Below, piece by piece: positions 37,727 through 48,263 of a stretch of 64,000 nucleotides of DNA. Every line of letters begins with the position of its first letter. Positions within the stretch are counted from its first letter, which is position 1. The stretch is taken from NCBI GenBank assembly GCA_963836865.1, contig CAWILC010000006.1, positions 17,879-81,878 on the forward strand. The letters run 5' to 3'. The position numbers were made by a program, and so were the translations under genes. The stretch comes from Pirellulaceae bacterium. Lineage in GTDB: Bacteria > Planctomycetota > Planctomycetia > Pirellulales > Pirellulaceae. The notes below the pieces were generated by a model. It saw only the letters and a program-made list of their open reading frames with translations. It did not search any database and was not told where the DNA came from.

Positions 37727-40700
37727 CTACTTCGCCATCGTCCAATCGCACAACGAATCGACGGAGTCGGCTCCTCCGTCGCGTTTCCACGGGTCGAGTT
37801 GGGCTTGGGATTTCAGTTGTTGGCCTCGACGCATCGGTGTGACGAAGAAGCGGCTTTCGATTTCCGGCAGCGCCGTCATGTCGCCCCAAAGTTTTTCAAA
37901 CTGGGCGACCGGATAGATGTCTTCTTGCGCGTGACCCCAACGTTTCTTCACGTCCTTGAGCGTGATGTAAGTCGGCAATCGCGTTGCCATGTCGCGGACG
38001 GCGGCATCGACCTTCGACTTGTCGGCCAAGTCGTTGCGAGTCAATCCGAAGGCGGCCAGCAAGCCGTCGATCTTGATCCACGTCGTCATCGAGTTGTAAT
38101 ACGTCAGCGCGAACTCGGCTTGTTCGATCGGCATCGCCAAGCCTTCAACCAACCTCGGACGACCGTCGACCAACGCCAAGCCGCCGCCGCGATCTTCCAA
38201 CCGGCGACCGATCACTTCAAAGGACAACGTGTTCCCGCCATCGATGTGCATGCCCAGCAAGCCCGCATCGACGCTGGCCCCGAGCGTGTCGATGTTGTGA
38301 AGCAGCAGGTACTGAAGACTGGACTGTCGGTCGATCAATTGCTTCAGCGTTCCGTTGCGAAGCAGGTTCGGAATCTCGTACCAGTGCCCGACCGGGTGGA
38401 TGCACTGGCTGGGCAAGTTGTCGGTGTAGTCGTTGCACTCGCCGGCGGATTTCGCCCAGCCGATCAACGCGCCGCGAACGCTCTCGCGAACCTTTTGTTG
38501 CTGCTCGTCCAAGACCTGTTGCGACGTTTCCTCCCAAAGAAAACGCAAGTCGCGAACCGTCGGAATCATCCGCAAGCCGACGCTGCGTCCCGTCGAAACG
38601 TAAACGTCATCTCCGAAGCCGAAGCGATCGTTCGCATTTAAGAATTCGCGAATCGGTGCATCGGTCAAATGGCTGGTCGTGAAGACATGCGGGATCGTGC
38701 CCCCGTGTCGCCGAGTCGTCTTGCGATTCTTGGCCAGGTGAACTTCCAGGAAACTGCGATGGCGTCCGGCGAAGCGATAGAACGGATGCAGCGCCTTGCA
38801 GACGCCGGCACCCTCGGTCCAGCGACTGCCGACGCCGGCGGCCAGCGTCACGACGGCGATCTGGCCGTCGCGGATCGCGGCGGCACCGAGATCGGCGTAT
38901 TTTTTGTCGATGCCTTCGCGAACGTCGGTGACGTGTTGCGGGCCGACATCGCGAATCGTGGTGTTGGCGGGCAAACGGTTTTGAGCCAGCCCGATTCGGC
39001 CGCCGCGAAGTTCTTCGCGAATCGTTTCGTGTTGCTGGCGATCGAAACCGGACGCTGCAAGAACGTCGGTTAGCGAGCCCGATGATCCGGCGTTCGAATC
39101 GCCCTGCGGCAGGATGCTGGCCAGCAACGTTTTCGCGGTCGTATCATCCGCGCTGGCGGCACACCTGCGACCGATTTGTTCCAGCTCGATCCGCCGCCCC
39201 ATCGGCAAGTCTCGCATCGGTGTCCGCAGCAGCGACGGCAGCACGAGCGCGTAATAGCGATCGGGCATCACCGCCGCGTCGCCGGACAACAACGTCGCGA
39301 ACGATCCGTTGTCGTTGATCGCAAAGTCGTACACGACCGGATCCATCGCGAAGGGCAAGCGACGTTTGTAAGCTTCGCTTGGTCGCGATCATGGCGGCGC
39401 CGAGCCAGTCTTGGGCTTCGGGTTTGATCGCCGGATCGAAGATGAATCCCATCCCGCCGCCGGCCATGCCGCCCAGCATCCAAAAGCCCCAGAACTTGTC
39501 GCCGTACTTTTCACGGCACTGATCGATCAGCGAATCGGTGAAGCGATTGGTGGCCCACGGAATGATCGCTTGCAACGGTCCTTCGAAGTTGGTGGTGGTG
39601 ACTTTGCCGACGCGGCGGATGTCGCCGTTCCGGATCGCATCGGTGACGTCGTCCAAGATCGTCATCGCTTCGCTGCGAGCCTTCCATTCGCGTTCGCTGC
39701 GCAGCAGGTAATGCTCGGTCACCATTTCCAAAATCGGCCCGACGTTTTGCGCCATGCCGCCGTGGACCAGCACCAAGCTGTCTTGGATTTTCTGTCGCGT
39801 TTGCGGGCTGGCCTCGTCGTCGCCGAACACATGATGGACCGGCATCAACCGGCCGCGCGAGATTCCGAATTCGGGATCACCCGCTTCGGCCGCCGCGCCG
39901 CGGATCAGCTTGATGCCCGGCCAAACGCCGCCGGAATCTTGCCAGCCGCCCCCGCTGCCGCCGATCCATTCGCCAAGGATCGCGCGAGCGGCCACTAATC
40001 GTCGATCAGCTTCGGTCAGCGGTCCGGCCAGCGATCTGGACTTGCCCGGTCGCACGCATCAAGACCGAAATCAACGAGCCCAGCAGATTCGTCGACACGG
40101 CCAAACGAGACCCTTGCGGGATGTCGTTGATCTTGCTGACCAGTTCGATGCCGCGTCCGGGGCCGACGACGCGAGCGAGCAAGTCGCCGATCGATTGGCG
40201 GCATCCTTCCAGTCCCGGTGCGACGACGCCCGACGCGATCACGGCGGCTTTTAACAAGCCCAAATAGTCGCGAGCAAAATCGAACATCTCGGCGATCGTT
40301 TCGACTTCCGTGGACGCGCCCAAGTCGACGCTGGTCAGCCGAATGACGGGCCGGTCGATGACGCGAAAGTAGGTTTCGATCGGCGGCTTTGGCGAGTCGT
40401 CGCGTCCTCGCACTGCCAAGTCGACCGAAACATTTAGAACGCGAGCCCCTTCGGGGAAGTCCATCCCTAAGAAAAAAATGTCGCTCCACGCGCTGTGCGA
40501 AAAGTCCATCCGCACCGCCGTCGTTTCGTTCAAGATCGGCATCGTGCCCGACGACGGATCGACGCTTAATAGTTCCGGTCGAATTCGCAGCGGGTGATCG
40601 GCGGGGTGACCGAGCCGGAACATCCACTGGTTGCCGCGGACGCTGCGCACGCTGCGTCGGACTTGGTCGGCAAGCGTTTGGAAGCCGAGCTGATGATACG

Positions 40701-41073
40701 ACTGGGCCAGCGCACTGGCGACGGCATCGCTGGGACCATCGCTCGCTTGCGAAGCCAAGAAGACATCGATCGCTTCGATGAACCGACGCGACAGCAGGTG
40801 TTCATAACCGTCGTACGGAATCAAACCCGATTGCTTGGGCGATAACCGACGCGGCAGGTGATAACGATAGATCGCGGAAAGATAAAACAACGCGCGAACG
40901 CGGTGATACAAGTTTTCTTCGATGCGCCGAAATTGATCGAGCGCTTCGCAGTGCGATAACAGTTCGTCTGCGGAAGCGTCACGGCAAACCGAATCGAGCG
41001 ATTGGTTGCGAGTCGCGTCGTCATCGGACAGGATGATTTGGATCAGCGGATCCGAATGAGAAGGCTTGTTCAC
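37727..41073 (-). CDS. GHMP sugar kinase fused to a UDP-sugar pyrophosphorylase domain; apparent +1 frameshifts near 40038 and 39357
   Basis: [28 protein letters not shown] and GGMAGGG (GHMP), then [14 protein letters not shown] and HNIDTLG (UDPGP-like); three ORFs join by single-base removals. Confidence 0.8.
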
Positions 41074-41954
41074 GACGCCGGTTGTCCTTGCACGCGTTGG
41101 GTCAGCAAGTCCACCATCTCGGCCAGAATTTGTTCGCGATCGATGCCTGAGATTCCGATCGCGAGTTGCGCTTTCAGCAATCCGTACTTGACCCCCAAGT
41201 TGTAACGCGAGCCGACGACTTCGTAGGCGAGGTAACGTCCACGCGAGGGCAACATCGCGGCGGCGTCGGACAGCGTCGGCATTTTCTCCAGCGGCGTCGA
41301 CGGCGCGGACGCCGCGTCGAAAGCGCTGGCCAAGCGATCCAATAGCGGCATCACTTCGTTGGTGAAAACGTGCATGCCAAAGAAACCGAGATAATGTCCG
41401 ACACGAAGGCCGGGCGTGACCAACTCTTGCTCGGCAAACGTCGGCGTCGGCTTTTCGACCACCCGTTCGATTTCGTAAAGCCGTTCGCGGCGTGGCACGT
41501 TCGGACCGCTGACGACGCCAAAGTACGGCAGATTGTTTTCGCGAGTCGCTTGGACGGCTGACACGCAACATTCAAACTCGTGCGCGACGTCGACCAGTTG
41601 TTTGGCGCATGGCCGGGCTTCGTTGCTGACGTACAAGTGGTCGCCGACCAGGTGCAAAAACGGATCGTCGCCGACGAACGATTTCGCTCGCAAGATTGCG
41701 TCGGCGTAACCAAGCGGTTCGGGCTGTGGAACAAATTCCAGCGAACCCAAACGCGACCCGGCGGCCGATTGAAACGCCGCGTGATCGCCCGGTTTGATGA
41801 CGACACAAACCTCTTCGATGCCCGCCGCGACGGTCTCTTCGATGATCAGTTGCAATGCCGTTTTTTCTTCGCCGTGCCCGTCCACCAACTGTTGCAGCGG
41901 CAAGCGGTTCTGGTTCGGAGCGGCCGCGGTGATGACGGCTTTGGTGACCTTCAT
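41070..41954 (-). CDS. Sugar-phosphate nucleotidyltransferase (GalU-like)
   Basis: KAVITAA, QPEPLGYADA, LVGDHL and VVEKP motifs; the GxGxR loop is degenerate. Confidence 0.85.
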   Translation of the reverse strand: MKVTKAVITAAAPNQNRLPLQQLVDGHGEEKTALQLIIEETVAAGIEEVCVVIKPGDHAAFQSAAGSRLGSLEFVPQPEPLGYADAILRAKSFVGDDPFLHLVGDHLYVSNEARPCAKQLVDVAHEFECCVSAVQATRENNLPYFGVVSGPNVPRRERLYEIERVVEKPTPTFAEQELVTPGLRVGHYLGFFGMHVFTNEVMPLLDRLASAFDAASAPSTPLEKMPTLSDAAAMLPSRGRYLAYEVVGSRYNLGVKYGLLKAQLAIGISGIDREQILAEMVDLLTQRVQGQPAS

Positions 41955-42048
41955 GGGCAATTCAACAGGAGGGAAAACGATGGTGGATCGGGGACGTGGG
42001 AATGACCGCAGCGGTATGGTAATCGCTGAAAAGTTGCCGGCAGACCGG

Positions 42049-43216
42049 TCAAGCCGATCGTAACGTAAGAAGCGATAGTTCGGGACGACATCGGAAGCGA
42101 ATCAGGTGCGTTCCGGCTAGGCCTCGCGTCACGTGCATCGTCGTCGGCGTTCGGAAGAAATCGCCGGAGGCGTATCGCGTCCCGTGAAAACTAGGTCCCA
42201 GCAGCGGTCCGGCCAGCGGTAATCGGCCCTGCCCGCCGTGCGTGTGGCCGGCCAGCATCAACGTCACGCCGTGCCGCCGCGCCCAACCGAACTGGTCCGG
42301 ACTGTGGCTCAGCAGCAACCGAAACGGCTCGGCCGGTTCCGCATCGACCGTCGGCCGCTGGTACCACGGGTGTTCGTTGCCGATCAGCAGCGAAGGAACG
42401 CCGGCGAGCGTTTTGGGTAACCCGCGGCTGCCCAAATCCGTCCAACCGGCCCGGTCCATCGCCTCGCGAGTCTGCCACGAATCGATGACTCGGGTGTCGT
42501 GATTGCCCAGCACGAAATAGCACCCGTCATCGGCCCGCGCCGGCGCAAAGATCTTGCCCAGCCAATCGATGCACGGTTGCTTGTCGATGATGTCACCGGT
42601 AAGGGCCATCAAGTTCGGCCCCCACGCGGTCGCTCGCTGGATTGCGTACCCGGCAAAGTCGGGGTGAATGTCACCGGTCAAGTGAATGTCAGAAAGGTGC
42701 GCGATCCGGTATCCGTCCAGTTCCTTTGGCATGCCCACGACTGGCAATTCGATCTTGTCGATCGAAAGCTCGAACACTTGGTTCATCGGCAGCTTCGCTT
42801 CCCAGCGGCACTTCCGCGATAGCGCCAACTGGTTTGTCACCATTCGTTGCACCGGAACGATCTCGCACTCGCGTCGCACGCGAACCCACTCGAGTCCAAA
42901 GATCGGCCGCCACAACAGCCACGGAATGCCGAGCAGCGGATATGCCGAGCAAGCAGACCGACGAATAAGCGGCAAGTCCGATCGGTAACGAAGCGATGGT
43001 CTGACTGCCCGACAACCACTGCGTGATCGGCGTCCACCATAGCCAGATCGCGATGACCGGCCAAGCGAGCGTGAAGGCCAGCATCATCTTTGTGATTCGC
43101 TTGATCGTTCGTCGAGGCCATCCGAATCCGTTGATGCGGTTGTACGACGACAACATCACCCCGAAGTGCCCCAGCAGCACCGCAATCGCAATCGTCCAAG
43201 CGATGGTCGGCGTCAT
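42049..43216 (-). CDS. Membrane-anchored metallophosphoesterase (YkuE-like), apparent +1 frameshift near 42947
   Basis: SDIH, GDIID, GNHD, SHSP and GHTHGGQ motifs; the N-terminal TM helices lie in the adjacent frame. Confidence 0.85.
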
Positions 43217-43277
43217 GACGATGTCGACTCCGGTGCAAAGGCTTGTGACGAAGGACAATTCTGAAGCCGGACCAACA

Positions 43278-43850
43278 CTACAGCGCCTTCGGCCACATGA
43301 ACTCGGTTCGCACCGCATCAACGTCCAATGCCAAACGGCTCCACCGCGAAAGCTTCAACCGAAAGATCGCGATCGCCGCGGTCGACATCTCGATCGCTTC
43401 GCCGGACAGCAGACCGGTCAGTTGGCTGATGCCTGGGTTGTGGGCGATCACCATCACGGTGTCTTCGTTTCGAGGCCGATGCGCGATGATGTCAAAGATC
43501 GTGCCGGGCGTCGAAAGGTACAGGTCGTCGACAATGTCCAGCGACGTCTTCAGCGACGTTTCCAGCGAAGTCTCCAATGGTGAATCCGCCGACCGCCAAA
43601 CTTCTCGCATCGCATCTGCCGTTTGACGCGTCCGGACCGCGGACGAACACAGGATCAAGTCGGGGACGTGATTGACGCCGGCAAGCCACCGAGCCATCGC
43701 CGGCGCGTCGCCAATCCCGCGACGATTGAGCGGTCGATCGTGATCCGAAAGTGTCGCGTCGGCCCAATCGCTCTTCGCATGACGCATCAAAATCAGCGTT
43801 TTGAAGGCGGAATCAGGCTCGTTATCGGTTTTTTGTATTTCGGTGGTCAT
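43278..43850 (-). CDS. sixA: Phosphohistidine phosphatase (SixA family)
   Basis: LMRHAKS, DHDRPL, SSAVRTRQT and IAHNP motifs. Confidence 0.88.
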   Translation of the reverse strand: MTTEIQKTDNEPDSAFKTLILMRHAKSDWADATLSDHDRPLNRRGIGDAPAMARWLAGVNHVPDLILCSSAVRTRQTADAMREVWRSADSPLETSLETSLKTSLDIVDDLYLSTPGTIFDIIAHRPRNEDTVMVIAHNPGISQLTGLLSGEAIEMSTAAIAIFRLKLSRWSRLALDVDAVRTEFMWPKAL

Positions 43851-43925
43851 CTAAATATCTGTTTCTGCCTACAATGCCGCCGTCACCGTGCTGATTTCCA
43901 TTCGACGAAACAAAAGAGCTTTTCG

Positions 43926-45299
43926 ATGCCAACTTTTATCCGCTGCTTCGTGTTCGCGACCGTCGTTTCCTTTATCAGCGGAATCAGTATCGGTGGAATC
44001 GGTTCGGCCAACTGCCATGCCGACGATTGGCCGGGCTGGATGGGACCGAATCGGGATGGAGTGTACCGCGAAAGTGGAATCATCGACGAGGTCCCTGCGG
44101 AGGGGCTTCCGGTGAAGTGGCGATTGCCGATCGCGGGTGGGTACGCCGGACCGGCGGTTGCCGATGGCCGCGTGTTCGTGTTCGATTACGAAAGGACGCA
44201 GGGCGAAGCGTTCAATAATCCGGGCGAGCGAGCGAATCTGCAAGGCAAAGAACGGCTGACCGCGGTCGATGCCGAAACCGGGAAACCGATTTGGCAATTC
44301 GCGTACGATTGTCCCTACAGCATCTCGTACCCGGCCGGCCCGCGTTGCACGCCGACGGTCGATGGCGACCACGTTTACATCCTCGGTAGCGAAGGTGATC
44401 TGCACGCGCTACGTGTTTCCGACGGCGGCGAAGTTTGGAAGCGAAGCTTGAAAAATGACTTCGGCGCCGAAGTTCCGATTTGGGGCTTTTCGGCACATCC
44501 GCTGGTCGACGGCGACTTGCTTTACACGATGGTCGGCGGATCTGGCGAAGACGGCAAAGGCCAGGGCATCGTCGCGTTTGATAAATTGACCGGCGAAGTG
44601 AAATGGAAAGCGATCGATGACAAGGCGGGATACTGTCCCCCATCGATCATCCAGCATGCCGGCACCGCCCAGTTGATTGCGTATCATCCAAATGGAGTGA
44701 CCAGTTTGAATCCGGTCACCGGCAGCGTTTACTGGAACGTGCCGGTCACGCCCGCGTACGAGATGTCGATCGCTCGCCCGATGGTCGATGGCAATTTCAT
44801 GTACGCCAGCGGCATTCGCACCGAATCGGTGATGATCGAGCTGTCCGGCGATGCCCCGACGGCAAGCGAACTCTGGCGAGGCGAACCCAAGGCGGCCCTT
44901 TACAGTGCCAACGCAACGCCGCTGTTCGTCGACGGGATCCTGTTCGGCACCGATTGCAACGACGGAAATTTGGTCGCCGTCGACGCGACCGATGGATCCC
45001 GGTTGTGGACGACGTTCGATGCGACCAAGCCCGGCGAGGATCGATTCATCAAGCACGGCACCGCGTTCATCACTCGCATCGGCGACACCGATCGGTATTT
45101 GATTTTTAGCGAGACCGGGGATCTGCTAATTTCACGGATGACGTCAAAGGGATACGAGGACCTCGGCCGCTTTCACGTACTGGAGCCGACCGGCGAATGT
45201 TTCGGCCGCAGCGTCGTTTGGAGTCACCCGGCGTACGCGAATCAAACCGCGTTTGCCAGAAATGACAACGAATTGGTCGCGGTAAGTTTGGCGAAATAA
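43926..45299 (+). CDS. PQQ-like beta-propeller exported protein
   Basis: Signal peptide, DDWPGWMGPNRDG, GPRCTP and WSHPA motifs. Confidence 0.88.
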   Translation: MPTFIRCFVFATVVSFISGISIGGIGSANCHADDWPGWMGPNRDGVYRESGIIDEVPAEGLPVKWRLPIAGGYAGPAVADGRVFVFDYERTQGEAFNNPGERANLQGKERLTAVDAETGKPIWQFAYDCPYSISYPAGPRCTPTVDGDHVYILGSEGDLHALRVSDGGEVWKRSLKNDFGAEVPIWGFSAHPLVDGDLLYTMVGGSGEDGKGQGIVAFDKLTGEVKWKAIDDKAGYCPPSIIQHAGTAQLIAYHPNGVTSLNPVTGSVYWNVPVTPAYEMSIARPMVDGNFMYASGIRTESVMIELSGDAPTASELWRGEPKAALYSANATPLFVDGILFGTDCNDGNLVAVDATDGSRLWTTFDATKPGEDRFIKHGTAFITRIGDTDRYLIFSETGDLLISRMTSKGYEDLGRFHVLEPTGECFGRSVVWSHPAYANQTAFARNDNELVAVSLAK

Positions 45300-45511
45300 A
45301 CGGTCCCGGAGTGCCCGGTTTTCGGTTCGTTTGAGCCTATGATGGAGTCGGGCTTTTGAACCGGGCTTTGTTTCCAACCTTTGATCGCAGCTTTGATTTT
45401 GGCTTTGATTTCGGCGGCGCGAACCTTCGCGTTGCTGTGGGACTCATTCCGGTCGTGTCCGCGTCGTTTTCAGTTTCCGTCGTGTCTCCCCCCTTCACAG
45501 GATCCGCCCCG

Positions 45512-46111
45512 ATGGCAGTGACTTCGTATCGCATTGAAGAGTTCTTTGAAGAGCACGACCTGAAGTTCTTCCGCCGCATTGATGAACCGGATGCCGGATC
45601 CTGGGTGCTGCTGTTCGGCAGCCAAACGGTGATTACGATCCGGTTGTTGGAGGACGGCGAGTGCTTGTTGTTTCGCAGCCTGCCGATATTGAACCTGGAC
45701 GAATCCAAGCCTCGCCACCGGGCGAAGGTCTGGGAGACGGTGCTGTCGCGTAACGACAACTTGCTGGTCGGTCATTACAGCGGATCCAAAGAAGTCTGTT
45801 TCGAGATGACGTTGCCGATCGAGGACGGCGAGGTTAGCAACGATCAACTCGGACGTATCTTGTCGACCGTCTCACGCGAAGTCATCCGGTTCGGACCGAA
45901 GCTGCGGGCGCTGGCGGCGGGCAAGAAAGTCGACTTGGAAGACGACGGGACGTCACGCGGTTCGGATCGTCCGGAAGAGGATGGCTTCCCGAACTTCGCC
46001 CAGGACGACGACGAGAGCATCGAAGATCTGATGCAACGTCTGTTCCATCAGGCCGACGACGATAAGGATGACAACCACGACCGCAAGTCATCACCGGACG
46101 ACGATCTGTAG
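45512..46111 (+). CDS. YbjN-like domain protein with an acidic tail
   Basis: IRLLEDGECLLF...LPIEDGEVSNDQL pattern; Asp-rich C-terminus. Confidence 0.55.
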   Translation: MAVTSYRIEEFFEEHDLKFFRRIDEPDAGSWVLLFGSQTVITIRLLEDGECLLFRSLPILNLDESKPRHRAKVWETVLSRNDNLLVGHYSGSKEVCFEMTLPIEDGEVSNDQLGRILSTVSREVIRFGPKLRALAAGKKVDLEDDGTSRGSDRPEEDGFPNFAQDDDESIEDLMQRLFHQADDDKDDNHDRKSSPDDDL

Positions 46112-46135
46112 GGTCAAGACTTTGCCGCCGCGAAG

Positions 46136-46486
46136 CTAACGCTTGACCTGGTCATCAAGCAATCGGCGGCAATCCACGGCGGCTTGCCGCCATTGGTCTT
46201 TCCGGGCGGCCGCGATGATGGACTCGATCGCGATGACCATTTCCGGTTCGCCGCCGGCGCTGGACGCATCGGCGGCCAGCAGCACATCGATTTGATCCAG
46301 TCCTTCCACGCTGCGCTGGTTGCAGACTCGGTAAAGCGCCAGCGTCATCGCGTAGTGATCCTTGGACAGTTCGATCGGCGTTCGATAGAAGGTCCATGCG
46401 GCGATGGCAACGCACGCGATTACTGCAATCGCGATGCCCCCTTTGATGGTTGCAGCATCAGACGGCGAGGCTTGATTGGACTTCAT
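46136..46486 (-). CDS. Small membrane-anchored hypothetical protein coupled to the DUF1559 gene
   Basis: ATGA overlap with the upstream stop; one TM helix; ALYRVCN and LLDDQV motifs. Confidence 0.7.
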   Translation of the reverse strand: MKSNQASPSDAATIKGGIAIAVIACVAIAAWTFYRTPIELSKDHYAMTLALYRVCNQRSVEGLDQIDVLLAADASSAGGEPEMVIAIESIIAAARKDQWRQAAVDCRRLLDDQVKR

Positions 46487-47598
46487 AGCTTTTCCCACGC
46501 GATGCGTTCGCCTTCGTCCATGCTGGACAATTCCGCCCACAGGTAAAGGTCGACGAAGTTGCTGATGAACTGCACCGAGCCATCGCCCATGCAAACGTGG
46601 CCGCCGCCGAGGTGCTGCGAAAACATCTGGCCGACGTGATAGGTCGGAAAGTTGACCGGGTGAATGATCGGATTTCCGGTGATGTCCAGTTCACCGCCCG
46701 ACGGTCCCGCGTGGACAAGCGTCAGCGTGGCGGCGGCATCCGGACCGTTCTCGGGGGAGGTGAATCGCGGGTGTGTGAACGCGCCCGGCACGACACCGGC
46801 CCATGTCTTGTCGCTGAGCGCGGAACTGTGTTCGCCGAAGAAAATCGTGTGCGTCAACCCATCGGTGACGTCGCGAATTTTGGTCTTCGAGTTGCGAAAG
46901 AACGGACCGTCGGCGACTCGCCCTGCATCCCCGTCGATCGACACGATCGCGGTCGCGGAGGTGTAGATGTTGGTGAAGATCTCGCCGGTGGCCACGCTGC
47001 CACATTCACCCCAGCAACTCTCTTGGCCGTGGCTGGCGACGTAGTGGCTTCGCCCGACGCGAATTTCGTTTCCACCGATCGATAGCGGATCGCCGGCGTC
47101 ATCGACCAGCAAGAACGAATCGTCGCCGCCGGTCGTGCTGGGGCACAAAAACACCGCTGGCGTCGCCGCGATCGTGTCGACATTTCGTGGCGACCAGATC
47201 GGTTCGTCCATTCGCAAGTTGTCCGTGATCGTGGTGCCTTCGGCGAACGGCAGAAGCCCGGCGGCCCATCCCCAGCCCGGACCGGCATCCCAGGTGACCG
47301 CGTCCATCATGGCGCTTGCCGGGGCGATGCCGTCGTTGGTCGCAAACGAGACGTATCCGGCGGGCAACCGGTTGAACGCGGAGTGATAGTTGTGCGAGGC
47401 CAACCCGACTTGCCGGAGGTTGTTGCTGCATGACATCCGCCGCGACGCTTCGCGAACGGATTGAACGGCGGGCAGCAACAGGCCGACCAAAACGCCGATG
47501 ATCGAAATCGTGACCAGCAGTTCCACCAGCGTGAACCCGGGCTTGGCGACACGCGATCCCAACACGCGAGGCACGGCCGGAAGATTTTGTGGTTTCAT
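46483..47598 (-). CDS. DUF1559 protein (prepilin-type N-terminal cleavage/methylation and H-X9-DG motif)
   Basis: GFTLVELLVTISIIGVLVGLLLPAVQSVREASRRMSCSNNL start; HLGGGHVCMGDGSV C-terminal motif. Confidence 0.95.
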   Translation of the reverse strand: MKPQNLPAVPRVLGSRVAKPGFTLVELLVTISIIGVLVGLLLPAVQSVREASRRMSCSNNLRQVGLASHNYHSAFNRLPAGYVSFATNDGIAPASAMMDAVTWDAGPGWGWAAGLLPFAEGTTITDNLRMDEPIWSPRNVDTIAATPAVFLCPSTTGGDDSFLLVDDAGDPLSIGGNEIRVGRSHYVASHGQESCWGECGSVATGEIFTNIYTSATAIVSIDGDAGRVADGPFFRNSKTKIRDVTDGLTHTIFFGEHSSALSDKTWAGVVPGAFTHPRFTSPENGPDAAATLTLVHAGPSGGELDITGNPIIHPVNFPTYHVGQMFSQHLGGGHVCMGDGSVQFISNFVDLYLWAELSSMDEGERIAWEKL

Positions 47599-47645
47599 AT
47601 TCGTCGTTTTTCATTCGTCATGGCGTTTGTGGCGAAGGCTTGTGA

Positions 47646-47691
47646 TTAGCCAGGGCTAACTTTTTCCACGCAAGTTAGCCTTAGCTAACTT
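47646..47691. promoter_or_regulatory. Two tandem MntR-type operator palindromes (TTAGC-N4-GCTAA)
   Basis: TTAGCCAGGGCTAA (47646-47659) and AAGTTAGCCTTAGCTAACTT (47672-47691) between divergent DUF1559 and mntR genes; resembles the E. coli MntR box core ATAGC-N4-GCTAT. Confidence 0.75.
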
Positions 47692-47832
47692 TAAGCGGAA
47701 TTCTAGGTCGCGTCTCCAGAAACGCAACGGGGTGCTGTGCGAATTCCGCTTTGTTAAATTGTGGCGTGAGATTGCCCCGCTGCGGATCCTTCCGGGATGA
47801 TCCGCTTGCCATAAACAAGCCGAGATTCAGCT

Positions 47833-48240
47833 TTGCCAGAACGAGTTCACAAACGCACCCGCGACGATCACGCCAGCGAAGTCGCCGAAGACTACGTCGA
47901 AGCGATCGCCGACACGATCGCGGCCAACGGCGTTTGCCGATCAGTGGACTTGGTCCAGAAGTTCGCCGTCACGCACGCAACGGTCAACAACACGGTCGCC
48001 CGCCTGCAACGCGATGGATTGGTGACGACCAGCCCCTACCAGCCCGTCGAACTGACCGCGGCGGGACGACGACTGGCGACCGCTTCGCGAAAGCGTCACG
48101 AAGTCGTCAAGTCATTCCTGATCGCGATGGGCGTCAGTGCCGAAACGGCCGCGATCGACAGCGAAGGCATCGAGCATCACGTCAGCAAGGAAACGCTGGC
48201 GGCGATGAAGCAAATCTTGCAACGCGGCTGGCCCGGCTAA
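47833..48240 (+). CDS. mntR: Manganese-dependent transcriptional regulator (DtxR/MntR family)
   Basis: EDYVEAI, HTH, RKRHE and DSEGIEHHVS motifs; short form without a FeoA domain. Confidence 0.9.
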   Translation: MPERVHKRTRDDHASEVAEDYVEAIADTIAANGVCRSVDLVQKFAVTHATVNNTVARLQRDGLVTTSPYQPVELTAAGRRLATASRKRHEVVKSFLIAMGVSAETAAIDSEGIEHHVSKETLAAMKQILQRGWPG

Positions 48241-48263
48241 ACAGGTGTCGCGGCCAAACGCAA

